Shown: positions 1 through 8,954 of the stretch, piece after piece | Position numbering within the stretch: the first letter of the stretch is position 1 | How the letters are laid out: the number at the start of each line of letters is the position of its first letter | DNA from: Microgenomates group bacterium | Lineage (GTDB): Bacteria > Patescibacteriota > Microgenomatia > PFEM01 > JBNASD01 | DNA: 64,000 nt | Direction of reading: 5' to 3' | NCBI GenBank assembly: GCA_049720225.1 | Contig: JBNASD010000004.1 | Coordinates: 1,117-65,116 of the forward strand | The notes under the pieces: generated by a model | Database searches by the model: none | The model's input: only the letters and a program-made list of their open reading frames with translations | Told to the model about the DNA's origin: nothing | Position numbers and translations under genes: made by a program

Positions 1-450
1 CTTAATTTTTAAATTTATTATTTTTATCCCCCCCCCGTTTACGCAAAAACCATCCATATAAGCAGAATTAATTCCATCTAAAACCGCCTCTCCTTCTCCC
101 TCAAAAATTAAATATTTTTCTTGAATACCAACAAAACATTTCTTTTTAAATCCGTCATTAGTGACAAATTCTGTATAATTTTGCCGGGTGTAGGTACCGG
201 GTTTAATAATAATTTTCGTTTTTTGAGTAGAATTTCCTACGGAAGCGGCATTAACCGCTTGTTGAATACCATCTCCTCCGGTAAAATTACATCCTGGTTG
301 ATTTTGGGGACAAACTGTAAAGGTAGTAATTATTTCCTCTTCTGCCTTTTTTCTTATTTCTTGTCTTTTTTCAACTAAAAAAATAGTTCCCAAAAGAGCC
401 AAAGCAGTAAAAAAAGTTAATAAAAGAGTTATTTTTTGTTTTTTATTCAC
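1..450 (-). CDS. Membrane-anchored surface protein with probable right-handed parallel beta-helix (pectin lyase-like); runs off the left edge, absent from ORF track
   Basis: Manual translation from GTG at 450: MNKKQKITLLLTFFTALALLGTIFLVEKRQEIRKKA...GDGIQQAVNAA...KIIIKPGTY...VLDG; no stop to position 1; IQxAVxAA/IxxGTY is the usual beta-helix N-cap. Confidence 0.7.
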   Translation of the reverse strand, partial: MNKKQKITLLLTFFTALALLGTIFLVEKRQEIRKKAEEEIITTFTVCPQNQPGCNFTGGDGIQQAVNAASVGNSTQKTKIIIKPGTYTRQNYTEFVTNDGFKKKCFVGIQEKYLIFEGEGEAVLDGINSAYMDGFCVNGGGIKIINLKIK

Positions 451-530
451 AACAACTTCCCTTTCTTAAATAGATCTTATTGATATTAAAAGTTTCTGTC
501 AAGATTAATTTTATGGTATGATTTAAATAA

Positions 531-1421
531 ATGACAATTTTAGAGATTCTTCAAAAAGCGAACTCTGAAAGTTGGGCGCTGGGAGCATTTAACGCCGGAA
601 ATTTAGAAATTTTACGAGCAATTATTCAGGCAGGAGAAAATCTTCAGTCTCCTTTAATTGTAGAAACTTCCTCCGGAGAAGCCAAGCATTTTGGAATGAA
701 AAATTTTTTGGCGGTAGTGGAAAATTTTCGTCAAGAAACCGGATTGCCGATTTTTACTAATTTTGACCACGGAAAAGATTTGGAAGAATGCCAAATGGCA
801 ATTGAGGCGGGATATAATTTAATTCATTTTGATGGTTCTGATTTACCTTATGAAGAGAATATAAAAATTACCAAAATTTTAGTTGAGCAAGCTCATCAAA
901 AAGGGGTTTTGGTTGAGGGAGAGTTTAATAAAATTAGTGGTGAATCAAAAAGCTATCTTCAAGAAACCAGCGGAATTAATGGAGAGTTTGAATTAACTAA
1001 TCCTCACCAGGCAAGAGATTTTGTTGTTCAAACAGGGATAGATATTTTAGCGGTTTCGATTGGCAATCTTCATGGAACTTATTTAAATCCCATAAAACTT
1101 GATTTAGAAAGACTAAGATTAGTTAAGGAGGAAATAGAAAAAGAAGGACAATCAATTTTTTTCTCTCTTCATGGCGGTTCGGGAACTGCTGAAGAAGATA
1201 TTAAAGCGGCAATTAGTTTGGGGGTGGTGAAAATTAACGTTAACACCGAATTAAGAATTGCTTTTCGGCAAACCTTAGAAAATGTTTTGCGCGGTTCAGA
1301 AGAATTAGCGATTTATAAAATTATGCCGCCAGTGATTGCCGCGGTGCAAAAGGTAGTGGAAGGAAAGATAGAAATGTTCAAATGTTCAAAAAACCCAAAA
1401 ATTTTTAATTTTAATTTTTAA
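531..1421 (+). CDS. fba: Class II fructose-bisphosphate aldolase
   Basis: GAFN, DHG, D.LAVSIGNLHG, LHGGSG, KINVNT motifs. Confidence 0.93.
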   Translation: MTILEILQKANSESWALGAFNAGNLEILRAIIQAGENLQSPLIVETSSGEAKHFGMKNFLAVVENFRQETGLPIFTNFDHGKDLEECQMAIEAGYNLIHFDGSDLPYEENIKITKILVEQAHQKGVLVEGEFNKISGESKSYLQETSGINGEFELTNPHQARDFVVQTGIDILAVSIGNLHGTYLNPIKLDLERLRLVKEEIEKEGQSIFFSLHGGSGTAEEDIKAAISLGVVKINVNTELRIAFRQTLENVLRGSEELAIYKIMPPVIAAVQKVVEGKIEMFKCSKNPKIFNFNF

Positions 1422-1460
1422 ATTGTTTTTAATATTGGAATTTTGAACATTGGAATTTTT
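1372..1460. repeat. 8-bp-periodic imperfect inverted repeat element, copy 1
   Basis: AATGTTCAAAA (1381-1391) is complementary to TTTTGAACATT (1441-1451); 1431-1460 matches the reverse complement of 28598-28627 at 28/30 nt. Confidence 0.6.
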
Positions 1461-1465
1461 AATCT

Positions 1466-2446
1466 ATGTATGATGTAATTTCTATTGGTTCCGCTACTTT
1501 TGATGTTTTTTTAAAAGTGCCGGAGGGAAAAATTCTGGAAACAGAGGAGTTTTTGGTAGGAAAAGCTTTAGGCTTACCTTACGGAAGCAAAATAGAAATT
1601 AAAGAAAGATTACTTGCCTCTGGTGGTGGAGGAACGAATACGGCAGTTGGGTTTGCGCGATTGGGTTTAAAAACAGCGGTAGTGGCGCGCTGCGGCTGGG
1701 ATTTTGGGGGAAAATTAGTTCGTCAGGAATTAAAAAAAGAAGGAGTAGATGATAGTTTATTAGTGCAAATTGAGGGCGACGATACTGACTATTCGACTAT
1801 TTTAATCGGTCCTGATGGCGAGCGAACAATTTTAGTTTATCGGGGGAAAACTCGTTTGGATGAGAGTTTGATTGATTTTTCTCGCTTAAAATCCCGTTGG
1901 TTTTGTATTTCTGGATTAGAAGGAAACTTAAAATTATTAAAAAAGCTAGTTGATTGGGCAAAAAGAAATAAAATTAAAGTGGCAGTAAATCCGGGAAGAA
2001 AAGAGATTGACCAAAGAGAGGAATTGTTAGAAATTATTAAAGATATTGAAGTTTTAATTGTCAACCAAGAAGAAGCAGCGAGGTTAACTAATAGCTTTTT
2101 TTTTGATCTTGATCTTTTTTCTAAGACTGCCTTACTTTCTTCCGGAATTGTCGTAATTACTCGAGGAGCTGAAGGAGCTTACTTGTTTGACAAAAATGAT
2201 AATTTATTAATTGCTGATGGTTTTAAAGTGGAGATGGTAGATGCTACCGGCGCTGGTGATGCTTTTAATGCAGGATTTATTGGTGGATTGGCAAAGGGAT
2301 GGTCTTTGGAAAAGGCTTTAAAGTTAGGAATTGCTAACGGAGCGGCAGTAGTAATGCAGATGGGAGTTAAACCTGGTTTACTTTCAGAAAAAAATTATCA
2401 TAATTGGCTGGAAAGACCATTAAAAATGGAATGGAAAAATAAATAA
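1466..2446 (+). CDS. PfkB family carbohydrate kinase
   Basis: GGGGTNTAVGFARLG and DATGAGDAFNAGF signatures; follows fba. Confidence 0.9.
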   Translation: MYDVISIGSATFDVFLKVPEGKILETEEFLVGKALGLPYGSKIEIKERLLASGGGGTNTAVGFARLGLKTAVVARCGWDFGGKLVRQELKKEGVDDSLLVQIEGDDTDYSTILIGPDGERTILVYRGKTRLDESLIDFSRLKSRWFCISGLEGNLKLLKKLVDWAKRNKIKVAVNPGRKEIDQREELLEIIKDIEVLIVNQEEAARLTNSFFFDLDLFSKTALLSSGIVVITRGAEGAYLFDKNDNLLIADGFKVEMVDATGAGDAFNAGFIGGLAKGWSLEKALKLGIANGAAVVMQMGVKPGLLSEKNYHNWLERPLKMEWKNK

Positions 2447-2467
2447 CTTCTAGGATATAATTAATTT

Positions 2468-3451
2468 ATGAATTTTTCCGCTAAACAAGAAGTAATTCCT
2501 GAAGTTAAGCCACTTTTAAAAAAACCGCCAAAACCAAAATTAAACAAAAAAGATCGGTTAATAATTTTGTTAATTTTTGTTTTTACTTTAATAATTAGTG
2601 GTTTTTTATATTTAAAGGAAAAAATTACTCAAACTACCGAAAAAATTGTTAAACCGTTTACTCAGCCATTAGTAATTACCAGTAGTCAAGAGGTCAAAAA
2701 ATTTGATTCTTCGCCAGTAATAGAAGAAATTAAAAATTTAACAAAAGATTTGGTTGGATATTACGGCGTTTATGTTTATCGTTTTTCCGATGGGCAGGAA
2801 TACGGAATTCGCCAAAAAGAAATTTTTCCTGCCGCTTCTTTAATGAAATTACCGGTAATGTTAGCTTTATACCAAGAGGCAGAGGCGGGAAGAATCAGTT
2901 TAGAGGCAAAATATCAATTGGCGGAAGCGGATAAAAGAGGGGGAGCAGGAATTTTGCAAAGTCGGCCGGCGGGTGAAATTTATACCTATCGAAAATTAGC
3001 GGAATTAATGGGGCAATATTCAGATAATACTGCTAATAATGTTTTAGTAAAAGTTTTAGGAGAAAAAAAGATTCAAGAGGTAATAAAAAAAATAGGAATG
3101 GAAAAAACTGATTTTTCTGAGTATGAAACTACCCCTGAAGATATAGGAATTTTTTTTCGCCAACTTTATAAAGGAAAAATTTTAACTGACTCTCATAAAG
3201 AAGAAATTTTTCGTTTTTTAACCAAAACCGGGTTTGAGGACAGAATTCCTGCCGGTTTACCAGAGGGAGTAAGGGTAGTTCATAAAATCGGAACAGAAAT
3301 CGGTGTTTTTTCTGATGCAGGAATTGTGTTTCCACCAAAAGGAGAACCATTTGTTTTAGTAATTATGAGTAAAGAAGCGAAGGAGACAGAAGCTAAAGAA
3401 GTTTTACCAAAAATTGCCAAAGCAGTTTGGGATTTTGAGATGCAAAATTAA
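2468..3451 (+). CDS. Membrane-anchored class A beta-lactamase-like serine hydrolase
   Basis: N-terminal TM; SxxK (ASLMK), SDN, HKIG. Confidence 0.85.
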   Translation: MNFSAKQEVIPEVKPLLKKPPKPKLNKKDRLIILLIFVFTLIISGFLYLKEKITQTTEKIVKPFTQPLVITSSQEVKKFDSSPVIEEIKNLTKDLVGYYGVYVYRFSDGQEYGIRQKEIFPAASLMKLPVMLALYQEAEAGRISLEAKYQLAEADKRGGAGILQSRPAGEIYTYRKLAELMGQYSDNTANNVLVKVLGEKKIQEVIKKIGMEKTDFSEYETTPEDIGIFFRQLYKGKILTDSHKEEIFRFLTKTGFEDRIPAGLPEGVRVVHKIGTEIGVFSDAGIVFPPKGEPFVLVIMSKEAKETEAKEVLPKIAKAVWDFEMQN

Positions 3452-3792
3452 CGATTATCGCCTTCACCATGGAGTTTTCCTCTTGTTTGGCGGGAGGCTA
3501 ATTTATTTAGATTTTTTTGGGCAATTGCCTCTAAAGAAAGATTTAATTCAGTAGCTAAATTAGCTAAATACCATAAAACGTCACCTAATTCTTTTTCTAA
3601 TTCTTCCTTTGTTTTATTATCAATTATTCCTTTTTTATCCCGAATTACTTTTTTGATCTTTTCGGCTACTTCTCCTGATTCTCCGCTTAAACCGAGGGTA
3701 GGATAGATATAGTTTTTACCTAAATTAGGATAAATAGCGGTTTTTCTTGCCTGTTTTTGGTAGACGGCAAAAGTCAAGCTTTTAGCCTTCAT
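3448..3792 (-). CDS. MazG-like NTP pyrophosphohydrolase
   Basis: GESGEVAEK...KELGDVLWY. Confidence 0.9.
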   Translation of the reverse strand: MKAKSLTFAVYQKQARKTAIYPNLGKNYIYPTLGLSGESGEVAEKIKKVIRDKKGIIDNKTKEELEKELGDVLWYLANLATELNLSLEAIAQKNLNKLASRQTRGKLHGEGDNR

Positions 3793-3810
3793 TTAAATGA
3801 TTATAACAAA

Positions 3811-6003
3811 TTAAAATTGAAAAGAAGGTGTCGGTGAAGGATGACAGGTAACTTTACTTTCCGTACCGGCGATAAAAAACTCTTCTTTACCACATACTCT
3901 TTTTTTAATAATTCCTTCGGGGACTGGCCATTTCTTATCGGGGACATCTTTTAAAAGATAACTTATAATTTTATTCCAAATTGGCGAAGCGCCGGTTACT
4001 CCTGAAGCAACATAACTCATTGGTGAATTATCGTTATTACCTACCCAAACAGCAACCAAGAAATCAGGAGTATAACCAATAGTCCAATTATCACGCAAGT
4101 TTTGAGTAGTTCCTGTTTTTACGGCAACAGAGGGATGGGTAGGGATGTTTAACCAAGAGCGAAAACCAAAGGCGGGAGCCCGAGCGGAATTATCTGAAAG
4201 AATATCATTAATCAAAAAGGCAACCTCTGGACTAATTATTTGAAAATTGGAATTTGGAATTTGGTTTTTTTCTAAGACTTCTCCTTTATAATTTTTAACC
4301 TCCAAAATAGGATTTAAATCGACTCTTTTTCCCATATTAGCAAAAACCCCATAAGCAACGACTAAATCAATCATTTTTACTTCTCCTCCTCCCAAAGTTA
4401 AGGAAAGACCAAAACGAGAAGAGTCTTCCCAGGTGGTAATTCCCATTTCTTTTCCGCGTTGGATCATTTTATCAACTCCCAAAGAGGCTAAGACTTTAAC
4501 TGCTGGCACATTATAAGAAGAAGCTAATGCGATTCTTAAAGGAACATTTCCGTGAAATTGATTATCATAGTTTTTTGGAGAATAAGGAGGTTGACCGGGA
4601 AGATGATAAGTAATGGGCGTATCAGATAAAATAGTGGCTGGAGTAAAACCATTTTCTAAGGCTAAAGAATACATGATCGGTTTTATTGCCGAGCCTGGTT
4701 GTCGGGGGCGAAGAGTAACGTTGACATTGCCGTCGTTTTTGACATCAAAATAATCAACCGATCCCACCATTCCTAAAATTTCTCCCGTTGAGGGATTAGT
4801 AATTAATACTGCTCCATTATTTATTTTTAAACTTCTTAATTTTTTAATTTCTTGGGTAACTACTTCTTGAGCGTATTGTTGGATTTCCCAATCTAAGGTA
4901 GTTTTAACTTCCAGTCCTCCCTCTTCAACTAATTGTTCACCGTATTTTTGAGTGAGTAATTCTTTTACATACATTACAAAATGGGGAGCTTTAATTTCTG
5001 TTACTTTTGGTCGAAAATGAAGTTCCTCTTTTCCTGCTTTTACCTCTTCCTCTTTAGAAATAAAACCTTCCTCACGCATTCTTTTTAAAACTAAAAGCTG
5101 TCTTTCTTTGGCAAGTTCCGGATGAGCGCCAAAAGGAGAAAAACGGGTGGGAGAGGCGGGTAAACCAGCTAATAATGCCGCTTCAGCTAAACTTAAATCT
5201 TTAGCGGATTTGCCAAAATAAGTTTGGGCTGCTTCTTCAATACCATAAGCGGTTCCCCCATAGTTAACTTCATTAAGATACATCTGAAGAATTTCTTCTT
5301 TGGTGAATTTAGTTTCCACAATAGCGGCTAAAATAATTTCCTTAATTTTTCTTTTTAAAGTTCGTTGGGGAGTGAGGAGAGTATTTTTAACTAATTGTTG
5401 GGTAATTGTTGAACCACCATAAAGCTTTCCTCCTTTTAAATTTCTAATTCCTGCCCTGATGATTCCTTTAATAGAAAAACCGTGATGAGAATAAAATTCG
5501 GCATCCTCAATAGCTAAGGTAGCTTGAATAAGATAAAGCGGAAGATCATTTAACTTAACTAACGTGCGGTTTTGATTACGATAAATTTTATACAAAAGAT
5601 TTCCCTTGCGATCATAAATTTTGGTGGTTAAAACTGGTTGACGAGTCAAAAGTTGGTTAGGATTAGGAAGGGAATAAAAAATATTAAAAATTAAATAGCA
5701 AATGGCAAATATTAAAGCAATTAATAAAATTAAAAAAATTTTTTTAGGAGAAAGTTTAATTTTAAATTTAATTTTGGGAAATTTAACCTCAGGAGATTTA
5801 AATTTTAAAAGCCTTATTTTTTTAAAAGAAATTATTATTTGGAGAAATTGAAAAAGGAAAGAAATTAAACCTAAAATTAACCAATAAAATGGTTTTCCCA
5901 ATAACTGGAATATTCTTCCTATTTTTACCAAAAAACTCAGGGCAGGCTTTTGGAAAGGGAGTTTTTTGGCGGTAAAAATCGTTCCTGTCCTTTTTTCCGC
6001 CAT
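3811..6003 (-). CDS. Class A (bifunctional) penicillin-binding protein, paralog 1
   Basis: EDxxFYxHxG, GGSTITQQL, SxxK (GSAIK), SYN, KTGT. Confidence 0.93.
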   Translation of the reverse strand: MAEKRTGTIFTAKKLPFQKPALSFLVKIGRIFQLLGKPFYWLILGLISFLFQFLQIIISFKKIRLLKFKSPEVKFPKIKFKIKLSPKKIFLILLIALIFAICYLIFNIFYSLPNPNQLLTRQPVLTTKIYDRKGNLLYKIYRNQNRTLVKLNDLPLYLIQATLAIEDAEFYSHHGFSIKGIIRAGIRNLKGGKLYGGSTITQQLVKNTLLTPQRTLKRKIKEIILAAIVETKFTKEEILQMYLNEVNYGGTAYGIEEAAQTYFGKSAKDLSLAEAALLAGLPASPTRFSPFGAHPELAKERQLLVLKRMREEGFISKEEEVKAGKEELHFRPKVTEIKAPHFVMYVKELLTQKYGEQLVEEGGLEVKTTLDWEIQQYAQEVVTQEIKKLRSLKINNGAVLITNPSTGEILGMVGSVDYFDVKNDGNVNVTLRPRQPGSAIKPIMYSLALENGFTPATILSDTPITYHLPGQPPYSPKNYDNQFHGNVPLRIALASSYNVPAVKVLASLGVDKMIQRGKEMGITTWEDSSRFGLSLTLGGGEVKMIDLVVAYGVFANMGKRVDLNPILEVKNYKGEVLEKNQIPNSNFQIISPEVAFLINDILSDNSARAPAFGFRSWLNIPTHPSVAVKTGTTQNLRDNWTIGYTPDFLVAVWVGNNDNSPMSYVASGVTGASPIWNKIISYLLKDVPDKKWPVPEGIIKKRVCGKEEFFIAGTESKVTCHPSPTPSFQF

Positions 6004-6048
6004 TAAAATTATTTTAGAGAAAAAGAATTAATTTTAAAAGAGGAAAAA

Positions 6049-8913
6049 TTACCGATTCCAATTAACCAAAAGAGTGGTTAATTCTTTTTCATCATTTTTA
6101 AGGTCATTATTAAAATCAGGCCAAAAAGTTTGCCAATTATTAAAAGAAAGATTGAGATCTTTTTCATTTATTAAAGAGTCACAATTTAGATCGCCTTTGG
6201 TTCTTTTTTCGCAAGCGTTAAGATAAAAATTTTGGTAATTTCTTTCTAAGCTGCTTTTGATATTGGAAAAGTTATCACTGATTCCGGGAAAAACAGTAGG
6301 ACTAAAACTTTGGAAGAAATTACTTTGAAAGCAAACCGCCGATCCGCCGGCATTAATAAGATTATTTACTAATCGGGTATTGAAAAGTCTTGATTCTTCT
6401 TGATTTGATTTAGCACAACAAAGACTTCCGGTAGAAGAAGTACAATTAGCTTGCCCGTTTATATTGTAAGGAAGATAACAAAGGTTTTTAACATGACCTA
6501 CCTCTCGGATAAATCTTGTTTGGTATTTAAACATACTAAATAAAAAGTTATGATAATCTGATTCGCCAAAGTTTCCCCAACCGTTTTGTTTTAGCCAAAC
6601 TCTTCCGCCATACTTTTCTACCGCATACTTTACCGCGTTACCGACTACATAACGAGAATCATAAGGAGAAGAAATACCTGTTCCGCCAACCTGAAGAATA
6701 ATGGCTTTATTTTTAAATTTGCTGGCATACATATCAATTAGCTTAAAGGTATTTTTAAGATAAAAATAATCGAAAAGAAATTTATAATTTTCTACATCAG
6801 GAATATAATCTAAACCACCTTCCCACGGTGGATTGGGAGTTCTTTCTGCGATTAATTCGTCGGTAGTTTTTCCTGTAATTCTACTCATTTCCTCAAGATA
6901 TTTTTGTCTTACCGGGGTACTACCATGAAGAGCCATTTCTCCATAATGACCGCCAGCCATCATAATAATTGCTTCAATTGCTGAATTGGGGCCGTTATTG
7001 TTGTCGTATCGTTGAGCCATTGCGGTAAGAATTTCTTCTAAAAACTTTAAGTATAGAGGATCCCATTGGACGGGACGATCTTTGTTGTAGCAAGTTAAGC
7101 AGTAATCTTGGGGAAATTGATGCATTCCTGCCTCCAAAGCCCAATCAGGAATTGTTCCCGCGGGATCATCGGTTAAAACCTGAATCCAAATTTTTTTCCT
7201 TGCCTGATAGGCTCTTTCAATAGATTGATCAAGAGATGTCCAATTAAAAACTCCTCTTTGGGGTTCGATTACTCTCCAATTTCCCTCTCCCGAAGTATAA
7301 ACCCAAGTAATGTTTGGATTATTTAAAGAAGAAACTTGATGGCATAAACCAACGGAAGAAATAACATCCAGCGGTCGCGAAGGAGCGGGGGAAGTAGTGG
7401 GAGAAGAGGTAGGAGAAGAACTCTCTAATGGACAATTAAATCCTTCTGTTTGAGAAGAAAAGCGAAAATAAACAGTCGGAATATTATTAATTCTTTTCAA
7501 TCCGACCAATAAATATCCTTGAGGAAAGGCAAAAATTTGACTTCCGGATATATCAGATTCGATTAAAAAGGGATTTCCTTCCAAATTTCCCTCAAAAGTT
7601 AACCACCTTCCTTTTCTTCCTTCATTTTTCTTTTCCCAAGTAATTAAATATTTGTTATTAAGAACTACCACGTTAGCGCGGGGAGGATAGCTTTCATCAA
7701 GATAGCGGTCATGAAGAATTGCTTGATTCTCAATTATTATTGGTTCTCCTTGAGGTAAAGGAAGCCCTTGAGTATTATATCTAAAACGTCTAGCTTTGAC
7801 CTTTACCCAATCCCCCGGATAACTATCAACAACTTTATTAGCAGATTGCCAAACAACTAAAAACTCTTCGCCATTAGGATTAAGAGCGATTTTAGGATAT
7901 CTTTCTGCTTCTTGGTCGTCATTGGAAGAAATAAGAAAATTTTCTCCGAGAGGATTGCCATTAATATCAAAAATTCCTCCATAAATATTTAACAAAAGGC
8001 GATCGTATTGTTGGTTTAAGGGGTGGGGATTAGGATTGGGATCTAAACGTCCATCTTCCCAAACAACAATAAAATGATTTTTAACAGGATTGTAAACAAT
8101 ATCTGGATATTGTTGGATTTTTTTAGCATTTCTTGGATAAATAAAATCATTGTTGTTAAAATCTAAAGACACAGGGAAATTTTCTCCAATAGGATTGCCA
8201 TTGTCATCTAAAATTTGACCATAGATATCTTTGAATGTTGTCCTGTCTCGACTATCTTCCCAATAACCTGGATCTTGATGATAATGTCTTGCCCTCATTC
8301 TTCCGTCATGCCAAACAACCATATAGCGACGAGCAGTAGAAGAATAAGCAATTCGCGGATGCCATTGTTGATCGTCGCATCCTTGAGGATTACGAGCAGG
8401 ATTTCCATAACAAGTATTTTTGGGAGTGTTATTTAAAGAACTTAAGGAAGAAATTTTAAAAGGGTTGCCAATCAAACTACCGTTAGAAGCAATTCTTTGA
8501 CCCCAAATGTCGTATCCTTCTTGTTGAAAATAAGAATCGTTTCCTTCTAAATAACTTTTATGGCCTTGCCAAACAATTAAATATTCATTTTTATTAGGGT
8601 TGTAAACTCCCGCAGGAAACTGTTCGCCAGTAAAATTAGTATTTTCTGTTTTAATGGGGATGTTAATTCCTTGACAATTTCCATTGAGAGTAATTAATTG
8701 GCCGAAAATATCATGATAATCATTTTTTCCATATTGACAAAAAGATGGATTTTTCCGACAATCTGACCAAACAATAAAAAATTGATTGGTTGAAGTGTTG
8801 AGAATTGCATATGGTTGATCTTGGGGAGCGGTGGCAGGATAAAATTCCGCCAAAGAATTTTTAGGAAAAAGAAAAAATAAATAAAAAACAATAAAGAAAA
8901 TGATTTTTTTCAT
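6049..8913 (-). CDS. Secreted modular protein: repeat domain, S/P/T linker, clan GH-A-like glycoside hydrolase, dockerin-like C-terminus
   Basis: Signal peptide; six (F/Y)xxxW repeats; SSSPTSSPTTSPAP linker; WRVIEPQRGVFNWTSLD; GDLNCDSLINEKD. Confidence 0.6.
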   Translation of the reverse strand: MKKIIFFIVFYLFFLFPKNSLAEFYPATAPQDQPYAILNTSTNQFFIVWSDCRKNPSFCQYGKNDYHDIFGQLITLNGNCQGINIPIKTENTNFTGEQFPAGVYNPNKNEYLIVWQGHKSYLEGNDSYFQQEGYDIWGQRIASNGSLIGNPFKISSLSSLNNTPKNTCYGNPARNPQGCDDQQWHPRIAYSSTARRYMVVWHDGRMRARHYHQDPGYWEDSRDRTTFKDIYGQILDDNGNPIGENFPVSLDFNNNDFIYPRNAKKIQQYPDIVYNPVKNHFIVVWEDGRLDPNPNPHPLNQQYDRLLLNIYGGIFDINGNPLGENFLISSNDDQEAERYPKIALNPNGEEFLVVWQSANKVVDSYPGDWVKVKARRFRYNTQGLPLPQGEPIIIENQAILHDRYLDESYPPRANVVVLNNKYLITWEKKNEGRKGRWLTFEGNLEGNPFLIESDISGSQIFAFPQGYLLVGLKRINNIPTVYFRFSSQTEGFNCPLESSSPTSSPTTSPAPSRPLDVISSVGLCHQVSSLNNPNITWVYTSGEGNWRVIEPQRGVFNWTSLDQSIERAYQARKKIWIQVLTDDPAGTIPDWALEAGMHQFPQDYCLTCYNKDRPVQWDPLYLKFLEEILTAMAQRYDNNNGPNSAIEAIIMMAGGHYGEMALHGSTPVRQKYLEEMSRITGKTTDELIAERTPNPPWEGGLDYIPDVENYKFLFDYFYLKNTFKLIDMYASKFKNKAIILQVGGTGISSPYDSRYVVGNAVKYAVEKYGGRVWLKQNGWGNFGESDYHNFLFSMFKYQTRFIREVGHVKNLCYLPYNINGQANCTSSTGSLCCAKSNQEESRLFNTRLVNNLINAGGSAVCFQSNFFQSFSPTVFPGISDNFSNIKSSLERNYQNFYLNACEKRTKGDLNCDSLINEKDLNLSFNNWQTFWPDFNNDLKNDEKELTTLLVNWNR

Positions 8914-8954
8914 TTCTTTCTTAATTTTAAAGATATCAATTTAATTTTTGAAAT

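Noticed and set aside
121-378. 85-aa plus-strand ORF
   Set aside because: Shadow of the minus-strand gene at 1-450, which has a TM and beta-helix motifs
2468-3451. Antibiotic resistance call for the beta-lactamase-like gene (likewise VanW at 24269)
   Set aside because: Membrane-anchored, short omega-loop region, no van cluster; more likely cell-wall housekeeping
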